Shown piece after piece: positions 1-12,425 of a stretch of 64,000 nucleotides of DNA. The notes under the pieces are model-generated. The model saw only the letters and a list, made by a program, of their open reading frames with translations, did no database searches and had not been told where the DNA came from. Source of the stretch: Basidiobolus meristosporus CBS 931.73 (Eukaryota; Fungi; Basidiobolomycota); NCBI GenBank assembly GCA_002104905.1, contig MCFE01000034.1, forward strand, positions 124,001-188,000, read 5' to 3'. Each line of letters starts with the position of its first letter. The first letter of the stretch is position 1. Position numbers and translations under genes: made by a program.

Positions 1-842
1 CTCCGCCAATGATCAATGAATTCCACTTCACATACCTTTCCGCCGAAATGATGTCTCTGGTGTGTACGGGAACATGTGATTCGGCGAACCTTCCTTTGAC
101 GATCGAGTTGGCCAATACCTACAAAGCATGGGTAATAAATTTAGTGGATTGCTATACAAACCAGCCTCTCCTATCAAAACTACTTACCGGATCAGTTGGG
201 GTCACACAAGCACCGATGAGCAATGCCTCGAGCTAGGTTCACACAAAACGTTAACAATGCATCGCGGCAGGATCCAAATATCCCATACTTACGAAGCTGA
301 GTGGTAATAGCAAGTACAGTGCTCCAGCGCTAACCAGCCACATTACAAACATGACGGGTAACAAAAGAACAGTAAGAGATTTCCACTCTCTGAACAGGTA
401 TGCCCTAAAAGAAAAATGGTAGCTTGGTTATTCCCGTTCGATCTCTGCAAAAGATATACGTTACTACTCACTTGGGCAAATTTACACCTGCCGCCATAAC
501 CTTTGATAGGTGAAAGATGTCAGTGGGCACCCAATATTTGCATAGGAATGTTCCAAGACTTACCTGGATGGCGATAACAACCCGGGCAAACTCCATGGTT
601 AGCTTTGAGCTGTCTCCCCAGAGTCCTGGGTCGACCAAGTTGAGTGCCTCCGGCCCGATAGCGATACCAAACAGGGTAGCAACCACTGCACAATATTAGA
701 CTGGTGAAGCCGCTGTATATGAACACAAGGACTTACAAGCTTCGGAGAGAAAGAGCCACTCCTTAATCACAAGGGACATTAGGCCGAAAACCACGATAAA
801 TCCGCCAAGGACGGCTGGCACAACGGTTACAGGATCTAGCAT
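1..842 (-). CDS. NHA1: Na+/H+ antiporter, fungal CPA1 (Nha1/Sod2/Cnh1) family; 5' part only, multi-intron, runs off the left edge
   Basis: Spliced translation from the ATG at 842: MLDPVTVVPAVLGGFIVVFGLMSLVIKEWLFLSEA / VVATLFGIAIGPEALNLVDPGLWGDSSKLTMEFARVVIAIQ / VMAAGVNLPK / AYLFREWKSLTVLLLPVM / LEALLIGACVTPTDPV. These match Nha1-family motifs (TPTDPV). Canonical GT..AG introns. Confidence 0.88.
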
Positions 843-2240
843 TCAAAATAGTGTGTGCAAGGAAGGGTGAAGAATTTTCGTCACGAAACGAGGAAAATAT
901 GAAGTCAATGAAGCTAGGCAAAGTGGGAAAATCATATGGATGCTGGGTATTTATAGGAGTGGCTACAATGGAGATGCAATCGACGGAAACATGTCTATAT
1001 ACTGATCCGATGGAATAAGGAAATCCACAGGCTCAGTATATCCGCACTGGCTGTATTAATTCGGTGATAGGCAAGTAGAGGCGGTACAAATCTCAAGATC
1101 GTGGTTTGCATGATGTTCCCATGGTCACTCTTCGGCAAACAGCAAATTACTCAAAAGATTATGTAATAACAATACTCACTGTTTCAGCAATAATGACAAC
1201 AGCGAAGTAATATTGATGTTCCTCGACATTTGCGTCACTGAGGTTTCACTTGCCCATGCTCATGCTTTCCCAGAATGAACCAAGGCCGATGGCCCAGTTG
1301 CCCCAGTCACCGCTCGCAACCATGCTAGAATGGACTAGTCAGAAATCAAGGAATAAAAGATTGCATCATGGCCGAATCCGATTGATCGGGTCAATTACCA
1401 ACGACGATCCATTCTATAATCGATCGATGCTGTAATGCGGAGATCTCAGTAGGTACCGAGTGACAATAGAAATAGCTTCTCCCATTTAAACATTGTTAGA
1501 CTCGGATTCAGCTTATTTCGCTCGGGTTTGCGGTCACTTTTAATGCCCGCCAATTGCTTTTATTAGGGAATTCAACAAAGGTTGATTAGATACATGAGAT
1601 ATGTATAATTGAAATTCCATTCAAGAATGGAGTTTCCGAAATCCATTGGTTGGTTGAAGGCGGTCACACGATTTAAGAATCAATCTCGCTAGACTCTTTT
1701 AGTCAAAGATCCTAGAATGGCTCAAACCTCCGACCTCCCAATTTGGTCTCTTAAGTTCGAAGAAATCCTGTTCGTTGTTGGGTCAGGAAAACCCGCTTTA
1801 GGGAAATCTTTTGCTGCGACCCTTTTTTGGCGGTTCTCGGCAACCAGATTTTCTCAAGATTTGTTTGGACCGGATGGTACCATGGTGGTTGGAATTGCGT
1901 GAATGCTAAGTTTGTTAAATTTAGCTAATCTTAATCTCCATCATTTTGGACCTCATCAGATAGCGCTAAATTTACCTACCCATCGACCCCGGGGCAGGAT
2001 TAGACACTAGAACAACGGGTTATGAATTATTCACGCAAATAATCAAAAAGGTTTGGCTCAAAGTATGTTTCAGCAACATCGAAACATGATGTGGTGTTGC
2101 CCACATTGGTGATTAGGATAGACAAGTTGTAACCAACAAAGAATACTGGGCATCATTGGTTAACCTTAAGCAGGTGAATGTTTGATTCAAGAATTCGTAT
2201 AAATACGCTTGACTGCATTTCGAGCCATAATTCTGCGTAG

Positions 2241-4568
2241 ATGGACACGAATATTAAAGAGGCGGCACTCCTCCGTTTAGCAGACCTGCTGAAACATCCA
2301 GATGACCTAAACACAAAGGTACCTGCGCTTCGAAAGAAATTTGCACTCGAAAAAGCTACCATCGATGCCCAGCTTAAAAGCGACGTGCAAACCCAGTTCG
2401 ACTCGGTCAAGGTCGGCCTGGAAAAGTTACTCTCGGGGCAAAATCAAATGGACCTGGTCAAGGTCGATCTAAAATCCATAGACCAAATATGCCTGGACTC
2501 CCAAAACGAAATCAAAAATTACCCAAGAATCCAGAAGGTAAATTGGGGTTTTCTACTAAGCATCATCTGGCACCATTAGCTGGACCGCCAATTACTTAGC
2601 TTGCTTACTTCATTCAAGATCTCCCAAACGCACCAGAACTTCATCGCCACCAAAGAATTTGTGGAGCGGTTTACGGAATTCACAACCCATCTGGACCAAG
2701 CACAACAGCTACTCGAGGAGGATATGAAAAACACGAGGGAGCCAGGGAAAAACTTGCTGAAGATTCACTACGAGCTATATCGCCTAGAGCAATTCAGAGA
2801 CATCACCATGAACCAGGCCAAAAAAGCCTCCATGGATGTGCTTGCTACACTAAGGAAGTTCTTTTTGAAATTGGAAGACGTTGCTTCGCAATTTTCGGCG
2901 TACCTTTGGCAATTGGCCCGAGAGATATACTTCCTGGCGAGCTCTAACCAGGGGGTTGTTTTGGTTTACATAGCGAAGATTGTCGAGTCTGAGGAAAAGG
3001 CCGACCAGCTGGCCTTGACAGCCGAAAAGGCAAGGACGGCAAATGCAAACCTGCGTTCCACCAGCAGCAAGTGGAAACTGGCTGAGGGTAGTTCCAGAGT
3101 TATCAAGGGGTATCGACGCCGGTTGTTTGAAATCTTCGACGAAGTGATAGCAGCCCGATTCACTGAGCATCTACAGCAGTATCAGAATGACCTAAGCGGA
3201 ACGCTGTCCGGACTGCAGTTTATTTTTGATGATTTGACGATGATCTACGAGTTCCTTGAGCCTCGTTTCCCTAAACATTACAACCTGTTCTCATACTTTG
3301 TCAAGAGCTATCATCGACATATTCATGAGCTGCTAACGAGAATGATCCAAGATAATGTTGATGCTGGTTCGGTGTTGAAATTGTTACGCTGGGTGCGTGA
3401 TTACTATATCGATATGAACCAGCAACTCGGGGTTGCTGAGGACCTGCTAGAGCCAAGACTGCTTGAAGGGCACGAGAGTGCGCTCGTGGAAGAATACCTT
3501 GGCTTGACCAGGGACAAATTATCCGAATGGATCCGGAATCTAATGAAGACCGAGACGGGCGAGTTTGTCAGCAGGGCTAAGCCCCCTGAGGGTGGTGCTA
3601 ACGAGAAGTACGGAATGTCTGCGGCAGTGATCATGTTCCAGATGATTAACCAGCAGATCGATATTGTCATTGACTCGAACCACCGAGATCTGCTGTGTAG
3701 CGTTATCACTGAATGCACCAACGCCATTAAAGACGCACAATTCCAGTGGATTGATGTGGTTCGCTCCGAGCTCAAGAAACAGCTTGACCAGCCAAACGAT
3801 GTTCCCGAAGGATTGGTTGATTATTTGATAGCGCTGTGCAATGACCAGATTCGAAGCATCGAATACACCGAAGCAATTATCCAAAGACTGGAGCTGCTGG
3901 TGGCCGGAAAGCACAAAGAGCAAATCGACATGAACCTGAGTTCAGTGATGGAGGGGTTCATCACAGTGTCGCAGTCCGCATCCAAGGCGCTGCTTGATAT
4001 TGTTTTCCATGACCTGAAGCCAATCTTCGCGCAGACCTTCTGCTCGAGCTGGTACAAGGAGGACCTGATGCTTCCAGTGATTGCCACCTTGAGGGATTAC
4101 TGCCACGATTTCAAGACCCACATGCAGCAATATCCGTTTACAAAAATTATGGACCACCTACTGGACCGGTTCATCCTTTCCTACTTGGATGCATTGAGAA
4201 ACAAAAATGCCAAGCTCGTCTTGCCTGACGCCATCAACAAGATGGAAGGGGACATCAAGGTCACCTACGAATTCTTCCTTTCATACATACCACAGGACCA
4301 GGTGGAGAAGCAGATGGACGTGCTACTTAAGGTGCAGACGATTGTTGGAAGCTCATCAAGCATGGTTTATCTCGATTTCTACAGTGTTCGTAAACACTAC
4401 CCAGACATCCCTATCGGTTTGGTGGAAACCATCCTGAACAAGAGGGAGGATGTTGATCGTTCACAAACCAAAGAGCTGATGGATACCATCCGGGTTAAAG
4501 CAAAGGAGCAGGCGATGACCAACGAAGGTGGAGCCAGTAGTCTGTTCAGCAAGCTCACCTTGTATTAA
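2241..4568 (+). CDS. SEC6: Exocyst complex subunit Sec6/EXOC3; one intron at about 2538-2618
   Basis: ORFs 2241-2579 and 2601-4568 join through GTAAAT..CAAG. N-terminus: RLADLLKHPDDL..KVPALRKKFALEKATIDAQLK. Long helical Sec6 domain. Confidence 0.9.
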
Positions 4569-4869
4569 ATTCGCTACGCCTTTTCTTCGCTTCTGCATTT
4601 CAACAGTAAGACTGTTTAAAATAAATATCCGCATCTCCCTCCTATATGTTGAGACTTGAATGATTTCGAACTTTGATTAGACGTGGTAATGCTGATTGGT
4701 TCAATATGCTCCAACTTAATCATGATGGAGTTACACATTCTTCGACCAATTTAGAAATCACAACATAGTCTTTCGAGGATATATGTGGAATGCTGCAGAG
4801 CAGCGTCCTGAGCACTATCGAAAGCATCTCTCCGCTTGAGCAGTTTTATTGAAGCAGGTCATTGAAATC

Positions 4870-5975
4870 ATGGGAGAAAGTAGAGCAGCACTTTTGGCTT
4901 GGGTTAATGATCTGTTGCAACTGAATTATACCAAAATAGAGCAACTAGGCACCGGTATATACCAACCTCACAACTTTGAAGGCAATGAACAGTTAGAACT
5001 TATTTACTTTTCTACAACAGGTGCCGCTTATTGCCAAATACTGGATTCTATATATGGTATGTCATCCTTGTAGCCTAAAAGATTCAGGAAACAAACTTAC
5101 CCGAGACTCAGGAGATGTCCCCCTCCCTAAAGTGAAGTTCGAGGCAAAGCAGGAGTATGAGTATTTGAACAACTTCAAAATATTGCAAGCCGCATTTATA
5201 AAGCATAAAATCGACAAGGTACGTCTCCATTCGCTGATGATAAAGCATCTTGCCTCCCTTCGTCTGAAACTCTCCGTCCCGCCAGAGTATTGCGATGGAG
5301 AAACTCTGCAAATGCAGGTTCCAGGATAATTTGGACTTTCTTCAGTGGTTCAAACGCTTCTATGATGATTGTGAGCCAGCCGGTTACGATCCAGTCAGAC
5401 GAAGACAGAGTACTCTTTCCAACGGAACACTTTCGCCTAGCATACGCTCCAGAGGATCCATAACACCTTCATACCAAACAAAAACCCCAGGTAGGTAGCC
5501 CTGATGGTAGGCTTGGTCGGATATGCAACCTAACAACCATTTACAGATAGATCGAACTCCAGAACTGGGAGAAACGGCGCTCTCAAGTCTGGCTCTTCCA
5601 CTCGCTTCACCCCCTCTTCGGAACACTTGGCAATGGTCGAGGATCTACGACATCAGGTGGCTGAGATGCAGTCGCAGATGGAGACCTTGGAGCGTGAGCG
5701 GGACTTCTATTACAATAAACTGCGCATGGTTGAAGAGCTAGCCGGGCAGGACATCAACCCCGAAGAATCAGCTGCTTCCATTGTCCGAACCCTTCACTCT
5801 GTGCTTTATGGAACCGAGGTAGCTGGGCTGTACGGCAGAGGTTTGCACCAGGTGGCTAATTCTTCCTATTTTCGTTTAGGACGGGTTTGTTGGTCCAGAC
5901 GATGTGGACCAAAAGTTTGCAGAAATGCATCTCCAAGAATACGACGACGACGATATGGAGGACGAGACCTTTTAA
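4870..5975 (+). CDS. BIM1: Microtubule plus-end tracking protein EB1/Bim1/Mal3; multi-intron
   Basis: CH domain: [69 protein letters not shown]. EBH domain: LERERDFYYNKLR. Acidic tail ends EDETF-stop. Confidence 0.93.
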
Positions 5976-6140
5976 GATCCTCCTGACCAGCCATCCACCA
6001 AAAACCATCCCCCACCATACCACACTTAATGATGTTAGTTTCGTGCCGCATTTATTGCACATTCATGAATTCGTATTGTGGATGCCCATCCTCTCCTAGA
6101 AATTTGGGGAAAGTTCATTTACTATATCATATTCTCCAAT

Positions 6141-6617
6141 TTATCTGAAGTCTGAAATATATCTGGATTGACGCCTCTTAAAAACTCGCTTATTTCTGGT
6201 TGATCGTGCTTTATGGACAGGTAGGCAGCGTTCTGGCCCTGTGTTTACAATACAATAGGCCCCCTTAGAAATCAGTAACTTGGCGACCTCCAAATGCCCT
6301 TGAACAACCGCTCTATGCAGCGGAGTGGAGCCGAGTTCTGGCGTTTGGGCATTGACTTCCGCTCCTTGGGAAACAAGTAGCTTGCAAATGGCGAGATTAC
6401 CTTGATGCGCTGCGTAATGCAATGGGGCGTAGCCATATTTATCCAGCTTGTTGACCTCGTGACCTTTCTTTAGGAAGTGCCCGGCCTTTTCGCTCTCTCC
6501 TAAAGTACAGGCATAGCGTAAAGTGCGTTCAAAGTCGAGCTCTCCGAGGGCTTGCGTATATGGGGTGACCGCCGTATGAGCACAGCAGCTGTCGGTACGG
6601 AGACCATCGTGAGTCAT
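6141..6617 (-). CDS. Small ankyrin-repeat protein, ANKRD39-like
   Basis: Ankyrin repeats GYAPLHYAAHQGNL and GSTPLHRAVVQGHL. The N-terminal CCAH..QALGELDFER resembles ANKRD39 (CCSH..QTLEEMDFER). Confidence 0.8.
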   Translation of the reverse strand: MTHDGLRTDSCCAHTAVTPYTQALGELDFERTLRYACTLGESEKAGHFLKKGHEVNKLDKYGYAPLHYAAHQGNLAICKLLVSQGAEVNAQTPELGSTPLHRAVVQGHLEVAKLLISKGAYCIVNTGPERCLPVHKARSTRNKRVFKRRQSRYISDFR

Positions 6618-6833
6618 AGAAAGCGAGGGTGACTAGTTTTATTGAACAAATGTTGGATGAATGTTTGGATCAGTGTTTATTATCAAACCTATCCTCAGAT
6701 GTGAATATGTGCAATTTCAATTTGAAAAGAGTAATACAAGTGAAAACCAGGAAATATACAGAAAGATCGATGCTTATTCTACAGTACACAGGATGAATTC
6801 TCAGCTTTGATGGTCGGGATAGAGCCGTCTGCT

Positions 6834-8114
6834 CTATAGGCCTGGTCCGCTGGATCCGACTCTTACCAAAAACTTATCAATGCTGGTGTTGCTCCAATCA
6901 AAGGAGGATAAATCCAGAGATGCCCTGGATTCTTTTGGATGATGTCCGCTTTGGGTATCTAGGTCGGTTGGATGGTTGGACGGTAATGTTGCTTGACTCG
7001 GGGGCTGTGGTGGCTTTCCTTGAGGAACCGGAGGTTGTGGTGGTAAAACACGCGTTCGGTCAGATTGATCTTCCAAAACCACTGGATACAAGGAGCTGCC
7101 CCAAGAGTGGTCACTTACACTCTCATGGCTTATATACTCACTGGGCTCGTTCAAGGGCGAAACAATGCGCCCACTATACTTGGATTTAATAATCGCGGAT
7201 TTGAGCGCGTTTAGCCATGTCTTTAGCTCATCTAGATGCTCTGCCTGTATGAACCATGAAGTACCCGGGTTGGTGATTTCGATCACCCATTTCTTCCCCG
7301 GGAATTTATCGGAGACGCATGCGATTGTGCTCGAGTTAATCTCTAGGTACTCGTCTGCTGTGGTATTGGCTTGCAATGACTTGAAGCGATACAAGATATT
7401 CGAGGATAGGATGAAAAGCCGGCGCTTCCAGGTCTTCCGGGCCAAGAAGGATGGATTGGTGATGTAAAGCTTCGACAACCACCCGGCCAAAGTAGCAGAA
7501 ATGAAGGCTTCGTTGACGGTGATGCAGGCATTCGGACTGCTGTGTGTAGACAGCTTGTCGGCCGAGATCATGGAACTAACAAAAGAATCGTGCTTATACT
7601 CAATCATACTACTAGATCTATCGATAAAACCTTCGTGCTTGAAGGAATTTGACATCGAGTATATACTAGGTATTGAATCACGACCGGACTTTATAGCGAC
7701 TTGAGAAACCCCGTGAAAATCTGCATCGCGTGGGGTGACTGGTTCGTCTGAGCGGTGTGCTTTCTCCAAGCAATTCTCGAGATCTTTTAGTAAACTGTAT
7801 ACACCTGGTGATAACGGACGAGAATTCTCTACATCGTCCTCGAAATTGCTGGATACCGGCGACGCGTTCGCTTCGTGGATCTTGCTATTCCTCCTTTGTG
7901 AAACAAGCTTACCCAAAGAATTTCGTAAAAGCTCTAACTCCAAGCCTACGTGCAAAGGAGGGGGCACATGGCCTCTGCGGGTATTGTGAAATAAGGAGGC
8001 AAATTCCTCGTGTTCCTCGGATTTCCCTAAGCTTGGCAAACCAGCTGATATGCACGTATCATCCCTCGAGTAGAGAGGAACTAGTTTTGACGAACTACTA
8101 TGAGATAGAGTCAT
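6834..8114 (-). CDS. PH-domain protein with Pro-rich C-terminal region, intronless
   Basis: 426-aa ORF containing LAGWLSKL..RKTWKRRLFIL..WFIQAE..ELKTWLNALKSAI (PH fold) and PPQPPVPQGKPPQPP. Confidence 0.8.
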   Translation of the reverse strand: MTLSHSSSSKLVPLYSRDDTCISAGLPSLGKSEEHEEFASLFHNTRRGHVPPPLHVGLELELLRNSLGKLVSQRRNSKIHEANASPVSSNFEDDVENSRPLSPGVYSLLKDLENCLEKAHRSDEPVTPRDADFHGVSQVAIKSGRDSIPSIYSMSNSFKHEGFIDRSSSMIEYKHDSFVSSMISADKLSTHSSPNACITVNEAFISATLAGWLSKLYITNPSFLARKTWKRRLFILSSNILYRFKSLQANTTADEYLEINSSTIACVSDKFPGKKWVIEITNPGTSWFIQAEHLDELKTWLNALKSAIIKSKYSGRIVSPLNEPSEYISHESVSDHSWGSSLYPVVLEDQSDRTRVLPPQPPVPQGKPPQPPSQATLPSNHPTDLDTQSGHHPKESRASLDLSSFDWSNTSIDKFLVRVGSSGPGL

Positions 8115-8890
8115 AGAATATTACTAACGCGAAAGAGACTGTTATAAAGGATATATCGATGGGAACAAGAAATACTTGTAAATGGGATATGAAGATAATG
8201 CCAAGTGAGCTGCTTCTGAGCGATAATTATATGAAAATATCAACAATGGATTGTGAACAGAGAAGATTCAAGCAAGTAAACAGACACTTTATAAAGGATC
8301 ACTACAGATATCGGGGGATTTTCCAGATTCTGGTTCAGTCCAATACAATCAGTTTCCAACTCTATGGCTGATTGCCAATCAACAGTCAAATGGGAAGTGC
8401 AGACTTTCTATTGATTCTATTGTGGCGGTGCTTGGTGTATAACTTCATTAGTGGGCCGTCAGTATACACAACTTGGTGCTAAGATCACAGCTGATAGCCA
8501 AAATCACGTGATGTATCGAAATCAATATAATTTTGATTCATTTTCGACAATTTCGTATTTGGCCTTATCGTCGATAATTTTTAGATTGACATCGATTTTC
8601 ACGGACTATAACGTGCTACAACCGAGCATTTTGTGAATCCACTCAACCAACCAACACGACCTCAATAGGATATAATCGGTTTGGGTAAATTGCTCTTCCG
8701 AAATAGTATCCGTATACCATTCAAACCACTGGCTGTGGCAGCTCAAGCTGCCGAATTCACCAATCGGTTTGGTTATAGGAATCTAGATCATTAGACAGCT
8801 GCATGAGGCGGTTGTATCCGGATTTCGATTCGGTCAGATTAAACCTCATAATTGTGCAATCTGCACTTAACCTATCGTTTACAACTGTCT

Positions 8891-8908
8891 GATATATATA
8901 TATATGTA
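8891..8908. repeat. Short (AT)n microsatellite
   Basis: gatatatatatatgtata in the intergenic region. Confidence 0.5.
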
Positions 8909-9136
8909 TATTGCCTGAATTGTTGGATTTTGATTTCTACTCTGTCCTGCAGTGATTAGGCAATTGGTTTACATGAAATATAATACCGTTCCTAACTTTA
9001 TTAGTACTGGGATATTGGAGTGTAACATGGCCCAAGTGATGTGGGGTACAATGTCACTAGTATTGGAAGGTAGTGAGGTATGATTTTATAGTTGTGTAGT
9101 GATGCAATTCTAGTACTACTCATGAGTAGTGGCGAC

Positions 9137-10639
9137 CTAGTTCTTTCTGAGCGCGATGCTACGTAGAGCATTTCTTATTTCAATTGCTCTCTTATAGGCC
9201 TTGTGACCAGCTCCGTTACCGCTATAGTCCTTTGTGTCATAATTGCTCCCACCACCATTGCCACCATAGCTTTCTTTGTGATCACCTCCATAGTCCTTGG
9301 TATCATAGTTATTGCCACCGCTATTTCCACCGTAATTCTTTTCGTGATCGCCTCCATAGTCCTTGGTATCATAGCTATCACCGCTTCCGCCACCATTTCC
9401 CCCGTAACTCTCTTCATGATCACCTTCATAGTCCTTGGTATCATAGCTATCGCCATTTCCACCGTAATTCTTTTCGTGATCGCCTCCATAGTCCTTGGTA
9501 TCATAGCTATCACCGCTCCCGCCACCATTTCCGCTGTAACTCTCTTCATGGTCACCTCCATAGTCCTTGGTATCATAGCTATTGCCACCGCCATTACCGC
9601 CATGGCTTTCTTCACGATCGCCTCCATAGTCCTTGGTATCATAGCTATCACCGCTTCCGCCACCATTTCCCCCGTAACTCTCCTCACGATCGCCTCCATA
9701 GTCCTTGATATCATAGCTATCACCGCTCCCGCCACCATTTCCCCCGTAACTCTCTTCATGGTCACCTACATAGTCCTTGGTATCATAGCTATTGCCATCG
9801 CCATTACCGCCATGGCTTTCTTCACGATCGCCTCCATAGTCCTTGGTATCATAGCTATCACCGCTTCCGCCACCATTTCCCCCGTAACTCTCTTCATGGT
9901 CACCTACATAGTCCTTGGTATCATAGCTATTGCCATCGCCATTACCGCCATGGCTTTCTTCACGATCGCCTCCATAGTCCTTGGTATCATAGCTATCACC
10001 GCTCCCGCCACCATTTCCCCCGTAACTCTCTTCATGGTCACCTACATAGTCCTTGGTATCATAGCTATCACCGCTCCCGCCACCATTTCCCCCGTAACTC
10101 TCCTCATGATCACCTTCATAGTCTTTGGTATCATAGCTATCACCGCTTCCGCCACCATTTCCCCCGTAACTCTCTTCACGATCGCCTCCATAGTCCTTGG
10201 TATCATAGCTATCGCCATTTCCACCACCATTTCCACCATAGTCTTCCTCATGATCACCCTCGTACTCATTGGTGTCATAGCTATCACCACTTCCGCCACC
10301 ATTTCCACCATAGCTTTCCTCATGGCTACCTTCATAGTCTTTTGTATCGTAACTGTCACCGCCGCCGCCACCACCTCCGCTCCCGCCATAGCTATCTTCG
10401 TGATCACCTTCGTACTCTGTTGTATCATAGCTGTCACCTGATCCTCCGCCATTACCTCCATAGTCGCCAGTATCGTAAGATCCACCACTGCCATTTCCTT
10501 CATATTCTGTGTCACCTCCATGGCCTCCTCCGCCAGAGTAATCCTTCACATCATAGCTGCCGGCACCAGAGTAGTCACCGGTGGGTAGTGCAGAGACAGA
10601 GGCAACATATAGAAGTGCTGTGATGAGGGTTGCTTTCAT
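9137..10639 (-). CDS. Secreted Gly/Asp/Tyr-rich repeat protein, copy 1 (500 aa, 20 [SN]YDxx[DE]Y units)
   Basis: Signal-like MKATLITALLYVASVSA-LP. About 24-aa repeat GGNGGGSGDSYDTKDYGGDHEESY. Ends GHKAYKR-AIEIRNALRSIALRKN. TATA at about 10728-10734, AATAAA at 8997-9002. Confidence 0.9.
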   Translation of the reverse strand: MKATLITALLYVASVSALPTGDYSGAGSYDVKDYSGGGGHGGDTEYEGNGSGGSYDTGDYGGNGGGSGDSYDTTEYEGDHEDSYGGSGGGGGGGDSYDTKDYEGSHEESYGGNGGGSGDSYDTNEYEGDHEEDYGGNGGGNGDSYDTKDYGGDREESYGGNGGGSGDSYDTKDYEGDHEESYGGNGGGSGDSYDTKDYVGDHEESYGGNGGGSGDSYDTKDYGGDREESHGGNGDGNSYDTKDYVGDHEESYGGNGGGSGDSYDTKDYGGDREESHGGNGDGNSYDTKDYVGDHEESYGGNGGGSGDSYDIKDYGGDREESYGGNGGGSGDSYDTKDYGGDREESHGGNGGGNSYDTKDYGGDHEESYSGNGGGSGDSYDTKDYGGDHEKNYGGNGDSYDTKDYEGDHEESYGGNGGGSGDSYDTKDYGGDHEKNYGGNSGGNNYDTKDYGGDHKESYGGNGGGSNYDTKDYSGNGAGHKAYKRAIEIRNALRSIALRKN

Positions 10640-10840
10640 TTTGATGCAATTGCTTTGTTCTAAGGGAGTGAATGCGGTAGAATGATATGAGATGAGTATA
10701 GTTGATACGGGTGAAGGGGGAGCGGGCTTTTATATCGTTAAATTGGCTAAGATCGATTGTCAGGGCCATTTCCCAGCTGAAATTGTTGTAAGGTGCACAG
10801 TAATGGTGGCATGCAGGTGGATCGTTGATTTGCAGCAGCA
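10190..10840. repeat. About 650-nt near-identical duplication of about 11976-12626 (5' coding region plus promoter of copies 1 and 2)
   Basis: Offset 1786 nt. The first ~149 codons are identical and only about three substitutions were seen in the upstream part. Confidence 0.85.
10811..10819 (+). promoter_or_regulatory. Conserved ATGCAGGTG (E-box-like) element upstream of copy 1
   Basis: 172 nt upstream of the ATG; same position in seven paralogues. Confidence 0.5.
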
Positions 10841-11177
10841 CGCTCCGTCAGTTGCATCTGGTAAATGAACCCTGTCGTGATACAGCGATATTTTATTGAC
10901 TTCAAAAAATTTACAGGCGCACGTAGAATACATTGAGCATCATCAAAGTATACATAGGCGAGTAGCAGCGTGAGCATATATAGATGGGCAGTTAAATGAG
11001 TATATTTAGTTAGAGATCAGATAGTGAAAACTCAATTTATTGAAATGCATTTTGCAGGTATAGATGGAGATCTATAGGGGCATTTAGTATTCATGAGGCT
11101 AAGCCGGTAATGTCATGTATGTATTAGTTAATAAAATAATGAGGTAGATTCAACCATCTTTCATGATGCTAGTTATC

Positions 11178-12425
11178 TTAGACCTTTCCAACTACAATCT
11201 TTCGAAGGGCATTCCTGACCTCAATTGCTCTCTTATAACTTTTGTGACCTGATGCGTAATCCTTGGTATCGTAGCTGTTCCCACCACCATTTCCACCATA
11301 GTTTTCCTCGTGATCACCCTCATAGTCTTTGGTATCATAGCTGTTACCGCCTCCATTGCCACCATAGTTCTTTCCGTGATTCTTGCAGTGCTTCGACTTG
11401 TGCTTACCGCCGTAGCTATCTTCATGATTACCACCATGGCCGCCTCCATTCCCTCCGTAACTATCTTCATGATCGCCTCCGTAGTCCTTGGTATCATAGC
11501 TATTACCACTTCCACCGCCGTTGCCTTGATAAGTATCCTCGTGGTCACCCTCATAGTCTTTTGTATCGTAGCTGTCACCACCACCATTCCCACCATAGTT
11601 CTCATCATGATCGCCTTCATAATCGCCACTACTATAGCTGTCTTCCTGTTCTCCCTCGTAGCCTTTAGTACCATAGCTATTGTCGCCTCCTCCGCCACTA
11701 CCACCATAGTTATCGTCGTGGTCACCCTCATAGTCTTTGGTGTCGTATCTATCACTACCACCGCCACTACCGCCATAATCTTCGGTAGCATAACTGTTGT
11801 CACCCCCACCGTTACCACCATAGTTCTCTTCATGATCACCCTCGTACTCATTGGTGTCATAGCTATCACTGCCGCCATTACCGCCATAACTCTCCTCATG
11901 ATCGCCTCCATAGTCCTTGGTATCATAGCTATCGCCACCACCATTTCCCCCGTAACTCTCTTCATGATCACCTTCATAGTCCTTGGTATCATAGCTATCG
12001 CCATTTCCACCACCATTTCCACCATAGTCTTCCTCATGATCACCCTCGTACTCATTGGTGTCATAGCTATCACCACTTCCGCCACCATTTCCACCATAGC
12101 TTTCCTCATGGCTACCTTCATAGTCTTTTGTATCGTAACTGTCACCGCCGCCGCCACCACCTCCGCTCCCGCCATAGCTATCTTCGTGATCACCTTCGTA
12201 CTCTGTTGTATCATAGCTGTCACCTGATCCTCCGCCATTACCTCCATAGTCGCCAGTATCGTAAGATCCACCACTGCCATTTCCTTCATATTCTGTGTCA
12301 CCTCCATGGCCTCCTCCGCCAGAGTAATCCTTCACATCATAGCTGCCGGCACCAGAGTAGTCACCGGTGGGTAGTGCAGAGACAGAGGCAACATATAGAA
12401 GTGCTGTGATGAGGGTTGCTTTCAT
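11178..12425 (-). CDS. Secreted Gly/Asp/Tyr-rich repeat protein, copy 2 (415 aa)
   Basis: Same signal peptide and N-terminus as copy 1. Unique GKHKSKHCKNHGKN insert. Ends GHKSYKR-AIEVRNALRKIVVGKV. AATAAA at 11036-11041. Confidence 0.9.
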   Translation of the reverse strand: MKATLITALLYVASVSALPTGDYSGAGSYDVKDYSGGGGHGGDTEYEGNGSGGSYDTGDYGGNGGGSGDSYDTTEYEGDHEDSYGGSGGGGGGGDSYDTKDYEGSHEESYGGNGGGSGDSYDTNEYEGDHEEDYGGNGGGNGDSYDTKDYEGDHEESYGGNGGGDSYDTKDYGGDHEESYGGNGGSDSYDTNEYEGDHEENYGGNGGGDNSYATEDYGGSGGGSDRYDTKDYEGDHDDNYGGSGGGGDNSYGTKGYEGEQEDSYSSGDYEGDHDENYGGNGGGDSYDTKDYEGDHEDTYQGNGGGSGNSYDTKDYGGDHEDSYGGNGGGHGGNHEDSYGGKHKSKHCKNHGKNYGGNGGGNSYDTKDYEGDHEENYGGNGGGNSYDTKDYASGHKSYKRAIEVRNALRKIVVGKV

